A stretch of 32,502 bases of DNA, taken from Gemmataceae bacterium. GTDB taxonomy: Bacteria; Planctomycetota; Planctomycetia; Gemmatales; Gemmataceae. Shown in pieces: positions 8,580-15,770 of the stretch; the stretch's first letter is position 1, and each line of letters begins with the position of its first letter. The stretch spans positions 1-32,502 of the forward strand of contig DASXAN010000859.1 in NCBI GenBank assembly GCA_036406755.1, in the 5' to 3' direction. The notes below the pieces were generated by a model. That model saw only the letters and a list, made by a program, of their open reading frames with translations, was not told where the DNA came from and did not search any database. The translations under genes were made by a program, and so were the position numbers.

Positions 8580-9023
8580 CTACTTCCGCTCGACCCGCTC
8601 CCACACCTCCTCGATGGTCAGCCCGGTGCTCAGCTTGCCGGTGTGGTGCCACTTATTCCCCTCGACCTTCCAGGTGAACGTCTGCGGCTTGCCCTTGAGC
8701 TGGTCGAGCAGGCCCTCGCCCAGCCCGTACTCGGGCGTCTCGACGTACTCGGTGCCCTTGAGCGTGTACGCCCCGCCCAGGGCGGCCTCCACCTTGCCGT
8801 CCTTGTCGTAGGTCGCCCACATGAACTGCGTCGGGGTGACGTGCTTCAGCTGCGTGTACCCCTCCGGCCGTTTGGCCTCCTCGCCGCCGAACTTGGCGGA
8901 AACGCACTTCCACGTGCCGACCAGCGGGTTGTCCGCCTTCGCCGGGTCGGCCGCCCCGGTCGGGGCCGCCAGCACGACCAGGCCGACGACCGTCCCCACG
9001 AGCCACGCCGCGCGCTTCGTCAT
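8580..9023 (-). CDS. Small secreted lipocalin-like domain protein
   Basis: Track ORF 8580..9050. ATG 9023 is preferred because GGAGGG (reverse complement of 9031-9036) lies 7 nt upstream. The signal peptide is MTKRAAWLVGTVVGLVVLAAPTGAA. This is followed by NPLVGTWKCVSAKFGG…FMWATYDKDGKV…GGAYTLKGTEYVETPEYG…FTWKVEGNKWHHTGKL, which is typical of lipocalin-like beta-barrel domains. Confidence 0.75.
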   Translation of the reverse strand: MTKRAAWLVGTVVGLVVLAAPTGAADPAKADNPLVGTWKCVSAKFGGEEAKRPEGYTQLKHVTPTQFMWATYDKDGKVEAALGGAYTLKGTEYVETPEYGLGEGLLDQLKGKPQTFTWKVEGNKWHHTGKLSTGLTIEEVWERVERK

Positions 9024-9255
9024 CGGTTCGCCCTCCATCGTAATACCCACCCACTCACGATCGGAGCCGCCAGTGAAACGCCCCCGTCTGCCGGCGGGCG
9101 CCAGGAGGACGTGCGCGGCTGGGCCGCGAATGAGCCGTCCCAGGGGAGCGGCCCCATCGTCCGCCCGGCGGCGGCGGCCGTCAACAATAAACCGGTTGGC
9201 CCGGGTCGGACAGAGGGACGGACGCGGGGCCGTCGGGTCACGCGACCGGGGACGC

Positions 9256-11394
9256 TTATTCGAACCACACGGGCTGCGTGAACGCCCCGTTCCCGGCCAC
9301 GTCCCAGACCTCCAGCCGCACCCACCGCGCCACCGTCAGCGCTACGTCCGCCCGGACGTCGGCCTTCCCGAACGCCCGCTCGGCCGACAGGTCCACCCGG
9401 TGCCGGTGGACGGCGGTCCCGTCGCCCCACACGACCTCGGCGAACGACGGCGGGAATGTCCACGTCACATGGGCCGTCACCGCCGTGGTGGTACCGCCGC
9501 CGGGCCGCACCGTCGCGCCGCTCGGTCGGCCGCCGGCCGCGAACGTCGGGATCAGCACCTCCCCGGTCGTCACGAAGAACCGGCCGCCCCGCAGTGCATC
9601 CAGCACCGGTTGCCAGCCGGCGTCGAACCGGGGCAGGGCGTCGAGCCGCAGGTAGTTGACGTTCATGTGGCCGTACAGCTCGGAGGACGGTTTGACCTGG
9701 AACACGTCCACCTCGCCGGGGAGGTACTTCCGCGCCCCCCAGTTCGCCATGTCGTCGAGCAGATCCAGCGCCCGCGTCCCGAGCCGGGGCTTGGAGTCGT
9801 CGGCCGGCAGCGCTTTCCACGCCGCCCCCAGGAACCGGTCGGACCGGAAGAAGTCGCTGTCACGGTATCTGTCCGGGTAGCCGTAGGAACTTTTCGTCCG
9901 CGGGTGGGCGGTCCACATCAGCCCCCGCTCCCGCACCATCAGTCGGAGGACGTCGGCGGCGGACCGGACGGCGTAGACGGTCCCCAGCCCGCCGGCCGAC
10001 CGCTCGAACGGCACCCCGTCGGCCGGGTGTAATTCCCAGTAGACCGGCTTGGGGAACAGGCTGATCCAGTGACCGCCGAGGTAGACGTTCGGCTCCTCCC
10101 CGGGCAGCAGCAGGAACCGGTCGTCCGACAGCCGCCGGCATTCGGCGTGGAGCGTCTTGAGCAGCTCCAGCCGCCGGGCGCTCATCTCGGGCGTGTGGGG
10201 GACGTGGAACTCGGCTAGGTGGACGATGTCCACGCCGTGGGCCTTGAACGTGGTCACGAACGGCGGCTCCTCCAGCCCGCGGGGGACGCCATCGGTGTTC
10301 TGCCGCCGCTGCTCTCGGACGAACGCCAGCGTGTGCTCCACGTGGTAGTGGCTGGTGAACGTCTTGTACCCCGGGAGCGGCTGGAAGCGGTCGCCGTGGG
10401 TGAACCGCCGGACTTCCTCCAGGGCGGCCGGGCCGTCGCCGCGGCCGAGCAGGTAGAACACGCCGAGCCGCTGGTCGGTGCCGGGCGGCGCGTTGACCCA
10501 GGGGACGAACCGGCCGTCGCCGTCGGGGGGTTGGCGGACGCCGAACCCCCAACCGTGCTGCTGGCGGTAGCCGGGCCCGTGCCACACCAGCTTGAAGTTG
10601 TCGGCGAAGTCGAGCGGGTACAGGAATTGGTGGGGCGGCGGGAAGACGGCGACGGACCCGCCGGCCGCCTCGGCGACGATCGCCCGGTGCCGGGAGGCGA
10701 CGGGCGCGGCGGGGGAGGATTCCGCCCCCTTCACCCGCCGGGGGCGGTCGTCCGTGTCCACCCAATAGACCGAGGTCCAGTCCGGCGTCGGGCGGGTCAG
10801 GCCCGCGTCGTAGAGGATGGCACAAGCGTCCCGGTCGGTGCGGAGGACGGCCTCGGCGTGGACGAGCCGGCAGCCGGGGTAGACGGTAAATTGCAGGTGG
10901 CCGCGGAACGGCCCCGCCGTCAGCCCGTCGATGACGACGGCGGTCCGCGCCCCGCGGGTGCGGACGGTCACCGACTTCGGATCCAGGGCGGCGAGGCAAG
11001 TCTGGTGCGGCCGCCGCGGCGGGTTGTCGAAGAAGACGTTCCACCCCTGGGCGGACAGGTCGCGGGTGCCCACGGTCAGGAACGTTACCGGGGTCAATCC
11101 CCGCAGGATCGGGACGGTCGGCCCGGCCGCGGTCGTCGCGGTGCCGAGTTCCTCGATCAGCGGCTCGGTTCCCCGGAACCGGAGGGTCAGGGCCCCGAAC
11201 TCGTTCTCGGCCATCGGCCAAGTGAGCCGCAGCTGCGAGCCGTCGCGGCGGACGGTGACCCCGAGTCGCGGGTCGTGGGCGGAGATGTCGATCGGCACGT
11301 CCCCGGATGGCGCCTGGGCCACGGCGGCCGGTGCCAGAGCGACGGCGGTAAGTGCGGCGATGACAAACGAGCGTGTGGCGGTCACGGCGGTCAA
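9256..11394 (-). CDS. Secreted hypothetical protein; the C-terminal half has His-rich motifs suggesting a metal-dependent hydrolase (PHP/amidohydrolase-like)
   Basis: 712-aa ORF with the signal peptide TATRSFVIAALTAVALAPAAVAQA. The start is TTG 11394 or GTG 11385, 15 nt after the upstream gene stop. Motifs are TSHYHVEHT, GVDIVHLAEFHVPH and WTAHPRTK. The gene call is solid; the functional call is weak. Confidence 0.75.
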   Translation of the reverse strand: MTAVTATRSFVIAALTAVALAPAAVAQAPSGDVPIDISAHDPRLGVTVRRDGSQLRLTWPMAENEFGALTLRFRGTEPLIEELGTATTAAGPTVPILRGLTPVTFLTVGTRDLSAQGWNVFFDNPPRRPHQTCLAALDPKSVTVRTRGARTAVVIDGLTAGPFRGHLQFTVYPGCRLVHAEAVLRTDRDACAILYDAGLTRPTPDWTSVYWVDTDDRPRRVKGAESSPAAPVASRHRAIVAEAAGGSVAVFPPPHQFLYPLDFADNFKLVWHGPGYRQQHGWGFGVRQPPDGDGRFVPWVNAPPGTDQRLGVFYLLGRGDGPAALEEVRRFTHGDRFQPLPGYKTFTSHYHVEHTLAFVREQRRQNTDGVPRGLEEPPFVTTFKAHGVDIVHLAEFHVPHTPEMSARRLELLKTLHAECRRLSDDRFLLLPGEEPNVYLGGHWISLFPKPVYWELHPADGVPFERSAGGLGTVYAVRSAADVLRLMVRERGLMWTAHPRTKSSYGYPDRYRDSDFFRSDRFLGAAWKALPADDSKPRLGTRALDLLDDMANWGARKYLPGEVDVFQVKPSSELYGHMNVNYLRLDALPRFDAGWQPVLDALRGGRFFVTTGEVLIPTFAAGGRPSGATVRPGGGTTTAVTAHVTWTFPPSFAEVVWGDGTAVHRHRVDLSAERAFGKADVRADVALTVARWVRLEVWDVAGNGAFTQPVWFE

Positions 11395-11409
11395 TCCTTC
11401 GGCGGCGGG

Positions 11410-14091
11410 TTACACGGCTTGGCGGACGACGAAGTACGGCTGGTGACACAGGTCCGCCCCGAGGCCGGGAAATAGCGTAGCCCGGCCGGGGCCGGCGCGC
11501 AGCTCGAAGAAGTACAGCAGCGGGTACGGCGAGCGGGTGTACTCGCCGGGCACGGTCGCCCGCCAACGGCCCCCATCGGCCTGCATGTCCGCGACGCGGT
11601 AATCCTCCGCCTGGTGGACGTGCCGGTAGTGCAGCCGGACTGCGGATGGCCGCTCCCCGACCGCATCCCGGCCGAGCAGCAGATCAATCATGACCGCCTC
11701 GCCAGGGCGGAACGGGGCCGGCGGGGTGTGCCGGCCGGCCGGCGGCGGCCGGCGGGGCGGTGCCAGGATCGCTTGCAGCACGGCCGGGTCGCCTGTCGCC
11801 GTGCCCGCATCGGCCCCGCGCTTCTCCATACGCTCGATGTCCTGGTCGATGGCCGGCAGCCGGTCCGACCAGTGGCCGCGGAGGTGGCGGACCAGGCCGA
11901 ACGTCAGGTCGCGGACGTAGACACCGTCCGCCCGTCGGGCCAGCTCCGCCCACGCGGCGCGGGCCGCCCGGTACGCCTTCACGGCTTCCTCCAGCGCCGC
12001 CCGGTCCCGGCCGCGTTCGTACACGGCGAAGAGCACGCCGGCCCGCAGCTTGTGGGCGAAGAAGAGGCCCAGGCCGCTCTGGATCGCCACGTCCGCGGCC
12101 AGCCGGCGGAACGCGGGGCCGTGCACATCCGGCGATTTGGCCTGCGCCTCGGCGAGTCGGGTGGCGGCGGATTCGGCCAAATCCTGGAGCCACTGGGCGA
12201 CTTCCAGCGGCGAATACCGGCCGTCGTGCTCGCCCTTGAGCAGCGCGGCGGCGAAGTCGTCCACACGGGAGAAGAGTGCCGGGTCCAGCGGGCTGACGGT
12301 GCCGAACCGCTTGGGCGACGGCGTGTCGCCGTACGGGTGGGGCACGGTCGCGTCCACGATCGACATATTGGTGTAGATTTCCGGCCAGTAGTTGTTGTTG
12401 GCCGCGGACGGCAGGTGGGCCGTGGTCACCAGCGACAGGATGCGGCTGGCGTGGGCCAGGGCGGCTTCGGCGGGTTCCGCGGCGGCACCGTACTCCACCC
12501 GCAGGTGGCGGCGCCAAACCTCCGGCTCGGCGTCGGGGCTGTAGAGCAGCCGGCCCCACAGGCGGTAGCCGTGGACGTACTTCTCCCAGTCTCCGGCCTT
12601 GGGCTGCAACGCCGGGTCCGCGTACCCGGTGCGGTGGCCGGGCAAGCCGGAGCCCTTGCGGCCCTTGAACGACAGTGGCTCGCACAGCTCCAGCCCAAGG
12701 CTGCCGCAGAAGCCCGACGCCCGCCCGTAGGCGGCGGCCATCGCCGGATCGCCCCAGAGCAAGAGCCGCTGCGTGCCCGGCCACATGCGGAAAAAGACGC
12801 CGTAGCGGCGGCCCTCGGCCAACAGGTCGCCGTAGCCGTAGCGGAGGAACCGCCGCGAGCCGGAACTTTGCGCGAAGAAGCCCTCGTCCTTGCGGCCGCG
12901 CGGCGGCAGCTCCAGGGGGCGGATGGCGGCCTGGTGGTAAGGCAACCCCATGTGCTCCGCCCAGAACTTGGGCGAGACGGTCACGGGCAGGCCGGTGGCC
13001 AGGGCCGCGTCGATCGTCGGCCGGTCGATGCCCTTGGCGTGCAGGTCGATCTCGACCGGCCGGCCGCACCCGGCGGCGCCGGCGAAGACGGTCTTCCAGA
13101 AGTCGTAGCTGCCTTCGGCCACGCCGCTCTCGCCGTGGATGCGGAAAGTCACGCCGGCGATGGCCGGGCACGCCCGCAGGACTTCCCGCAGCGCGTCGCG
13201 GCAGTAGGCGGCGTACGTTTCCGGGGTCAGGCCGGCGATGGTGTAGTTGGCGTCGGGGCTGTCGGTCCACCGGTAGGCGTGGGTCCACAGGCCGAGCTGG
13301 AAGTGCAGTCCGCGCTTGGCCGCCTCGTCGCTGACGAAGCGGAGCGTCTCCAGGTTCCTGACCCGCTCCGCGTCGGGCAGCCCGACGGCGCGGACGTTGG
13401 CGCCGGGCAGGGAGACGAAGAACGGGTAGGCGAAGTGGAAGTAGGCGTCGCGGATCTGCGTCGTGAAGTCGTAGCCCAGCCCGAGGGTCAGACTGAAGCG
13501 GTTGAACCGCTGGGCGGCGAGCATCGTCAGGTAGCGCTGCCAGAACGCCCGGTCGTTGAACCAGGGCTTGTCCTCGACCTCGCTGACAAACAGGCGGGCC
13601 ACGCCACGGATCGGGTTGGCCGGCTTCTCGGCGACGGGCCGTTGGACGTCAAGCCCCGCCAACGGCTGGTCGGCACACGCCACGCGGTCGGCCAGTTCCA
13701 GCAGCGCGTACGCCAGGCCGCGGGCGTCGCTGCCGCGGGCCAGGACGACCCTCCGCCCGGCCGCCGTCGAAGGCTGGAGGGAGAGTGCCTCGCGGGACTC
13801 GTGCGCGAAGTGTTCGGCCACGACGCAGATTTCGTCGGCCGTGACCTCACCGACGGTCCGGCAGACGCGGGCCGCGACACCCCGCGCCGCCAACGTCGCC
13901 CGCAAGTGGTCCAGGGCCCACCGGGCCGGGGCGACCGCCGCGACCTTGTCCTCCGGGTCGGCGACGAGCGCGACGCCCTTCCTGCCGTCACCGGGTCCGC
14001 CGGCCGCCACGCCTGTCCGGGTCAGCAGGCCCGCGCCGGCCAAGCCGGCGTGTCGGAGGAAACCCCGGCGGTCGATCGTGGGGTATGGCAT
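11410..14091 (-). CDS. Tat-signal secreted protein, glycoside-hydrolase-like (TIM-barrel-type) enzyme of unknown specificity
   Basis: Track ORF 11410..14301. The internal ATG 14091 gives MPYPTIDRRGFLRHAGLAGAGLL, a twin-arginine signal. ARGLAYALLELADR…NPIRGVARLF…RFNRFSLTLGLGYDF…HFQLGLWTHAYRW…TFRIHGESGV resembles the N-domain plus catalytic barrel of GH-like enzymes. The function is inferred from motif memory only. Confidence 0.75.
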   Translation of the reverse strand: MPYPTIDRRGFLRHAGLAGAGLLTRTGVAAGGPGDGRKGVALVADPEDKVAAVAPARWALDHLRATLAARGVAARVCRTVGEVTADEICVVAEHFAHESREALSLQPSTAAGRRVVLARGSDARGLAYALLELADRVACADQPLAGLDVQRPVAEKPANPIRGVARLFVSEVEDKPWFNDRAFWQRYLTMLAAQRFNRFSLTLGLGYDFTTQIRDAYFHFAYPFFVSLPGANVRAVGLPDAERVRNLETLRFVSDEAAKRGLHFQLGLWTHAYRWTDSPDANYTIAGLTPETYAAYCRDALREVLRACPAIAGVTFRIHGESGVAEGSYDFWKTVFAGAAGCGRPVEIDLHAKGIDRPTIDAALATGLPVTVSPKFWAEHMGLPYHQAAIRPLELPPRGRKDEGFFAQSSGSRRFLRYGYGDLLAEGRRYGVFFRMWPGTQRLLLWGDPAMAAAYGRASGFCGSLGLELCEPLSFKGRKGSGLPGHRTGYADPALQPKAGDWEKYVHGYRLWGRLLYSPDAEPEVWRRHLRVEYGAAAEPAEAALAHASRILSLVTTAHLPSAANNNYWPEIYTNMSIVDATVPHPYGDTPSPKRFGTVSPLDPALFSRVDDFAAALLKGEHDGRYSPLEVAQWLQDLAESAATRLAEAQAKSPDVHGPAFRRLAADVAIQSGLGLFFAHKLRAGVLFAVYERGRDRAALEEAVKAYRAARAAWAELARRADGVYVRDLTFGLVRHLRGHWSDRLPAIDQDIERMEKRGADAGTATGDPAVLQAILAPPRRPPPAGRHTPPAPFRPGEAVMIDLLLGRDAVGERPSAVRLHYRHVHQAEDYRVADMQADGGRWRATVPGEYTRSPYPLLYFFELRAGPGRATLFPGLGADLCHQPYFVVRQAV

Positions 14092-14350
14092 GGTGAGCTC
14101 TGACGGGATGAGAACTCGCTCGGCGCCTGGTGTTACACGGCGCGATTGGCACGGCGTCATTTTGCCCCGACGGATGGCCGGAACGAGCCGGCGACGGGCC
14201 ATGCGGCCAACGTACCGGACCACGGGGGCGGGGGCCAGCGGCCGGCCTGACCCGGCCGCCGTCAGCTGGCGGACGGCCGACCGGGTGCCGGTGCACCTCA
14301 ATAGGCGGTTTCAGGGAACCGCCCGCGCCCGAACAGCGATTTCGGTGCGC

Positions 14351-14386
14351 GGCCGACCGGCGGACCGGGATCCGCGCCGGTCGGCC
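14351..14386. repeat. 36-nt imperfect palindrome (12-bp perfect GC stem) in a gene-free divergent spacer
   Basis: ggccgaccggcg (14351-14362) pairs with cgccggtcggcc (14375-14386). The 12-nt spacer has inner gga/tcc pairing. Confidence 0.5.
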
Positions 14387-14791
14387 TGAGGGCGGCGGGC
14401 GGCGACGGCCATCAACCTGATGACCGGGGAGGGCGTCGCCCGCCGTCGCTTTCGTGCGCCCCCGTGGCGGACCGCCCGCCGCAATCCCCCTCTTCCTGAT
14501 GCCGGCGGCGGTACTGGTTCACCTGATTTGGGCGACAGGTGGGCTGGACCGCCCGCCGGCTTTTGCGTTGCCGCCCGTCCTGGGCCGGCGGTGCCGAGTC
14601 GCGGGGAGTTCGCAACGCGGATCGTTGCCGGCCGGCGGGGCTTGGACCCGCGATCTCCCGCACCCGTTCGGGCCAGGTGCCTCTCCCCGTTTTCAAGCAC
14701 TTCCACTACCCTGCGAGTGGCGGGCGTTCCGGCCACACGGCAAGCCCCTGACACGAAGTGACGTTCGGAAGCCGCCGATGCGGACAGCACA

Positions 14792-15691
14792 ATGAGATAC
14801 GTTCTCCTCACTCTCCTCGCCTTTTCGTGTTTCTCCTGGGCGCGGCCCGTCGGGAACTCGCCGTACGCGGATGAGATCCGAAGGTGGCGATCGGACCGGG
14901 AGACAAAGCTGCGCGCCGACAACGGCTGGCTGACGCTCGCCGGCCGCTACCCCCTCAAGGAAGGGCGGAACACGTTCGGCACCGGGAAAAGCAACGACGT
15001 CATCTTCCCGGCCGCACTCAAGGGGACCGGCCCCGAACGGTTGGGGACCATCGACGTGGACCCCAAGGCGAACAAGGTCACCCTGAAACTGGCGGACGGG
15101 GTGTCGATGGTGAGAGGCGGCAAGTCGTTTTCGGGCGAGCGGGCCCTCGGGACGGCCACCGACAAGCGGGACTGGGTCGGGCTGGGTCGCCTGAGCATGC
15201 ACGTCATCGAGCGCGACGGCAAGTACTTCTTGCGGTTGGCGGACAACGAGTCGCCGGTTCGCAAGAACTTTGCCGGGTGTGTTTGGTACCCGCCCGACGA
15301 GGCGTATCGGGTCGAAGCCAGGTTCGTGCCCTACCCCGAGGTCAAGACGCTGTCCATCGTGAACATCGTCGGCGAAGTGTCCAAGCAACCGTGCCCGGGG
15401 TATGCGGAATTCCAACTCCACGGCAAGGCCCACCGACTGGACGCGATCAAGGAAGGCGAGGGGTTGTTCTTCGTTTTTCGCGACGCCACGGCCGGCGACA
15501 CCACCTACAGGGCGGCGCGGTTTCTCGACGTCGAAAAGCAGCCGAAGGCGAACGAGACGTTTACTCTGGACTTCAACAAGGCCTACAACCCGCCGTGCGC
15601 CTTTTCCGCGTACACGACCTGTCCCCTGCCGCCGAAACAGAACATTCTGAAGACGCGAATCGAAGCCGGTGAGAAGTACGAGAAGCACTGA
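14792..15691 (+). CDS. DUF1684 domain-containing protein
   Basis: 299-aa ORF with the N-terminal signal MRYVLLTLLAFSCFSWA. The family-typical C-terminus is FRDATAGDTTY…FTLDFNKAYNPPCAFSAYTTCPLPPKQNILKTRIEAGEKYEK. The gene is visibly less GC-rich than its neighbours. Confidence 0.9.
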   Translation: MRYVLLTLLAFSCFSWARPVGNSPYADEIRRWRSDRETKLRADNGWLTLAGRYPLKEGRNTFGTGKSNDVIFPAALKGTGPERLGTIDVDPKANKVTLKLADGVSMVRGGKSFSGERALGTATDKRDWVGLGRLSMHVIERDGKYFLRLADNESPVRKNFAGCVWYPPDEAYRVEARFVPYPEVKTLSIVNIVGEVSKQPCPGYAEFQLHGKAHRLDAIKEGEGLFFVFRDATAGDTTYRAARFLDVEKQPKANETFTLDFNKAYNPPCAFSAYTTCPLPPKQNILKTRIEAGEKYEKH

Positions 15692-15734
15692 GGGTGGGCA
15701 TTCCCGCCGCAACGGCGCGTGACTCCGCGCCACG

Positions 15735-15764
15735 GACACCGGCGTGGCTCGCCGAGCCGGTGTC
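15735..15764. terminator. Hairpin between convergent genes (candidate bidirectional terminator)
   Basis: gacaccggc (15735-15743) pairs with gccggtgtc (15756-15764), a 9-bp stem with a 12-nt loop. It lies between the DUF1684 stop (15691) and the RHS stop (15771). Confidence 0.4.
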
Positions 15765-15770
15765 GGCACG

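Noticed and set aside
9073-9081. Possible fourth copy of the 48-nt element upstream of the lipocalin-like gene, sharing gtgaaacgc. Weaker look-alikes are at 14125-14175 and 7640-7668.
   Set aside because: Only one block of 9 nt or fewer matches. The GCGACGC and T-run blocks are absent or at the wrong spacing. Matches of this size are expected by chance.
9256-9275. A tRNA T-arm-like string, GGTTCGAAT, on the minus strand.
   Set aside because: It is simply the last codons (…VWFE-stop) of the 712-aa ORF. No acceptor or anticodon stems can be drawn around it.
15692-15770. An immunity gene or orphan toxin cassette downstream of the RHS gene.
   Set aside because: Only 79 nt separate the RHS stop from the convergent DUF1684 stop, so there is no room for an ORF. 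The interval is occupied by hairpins.
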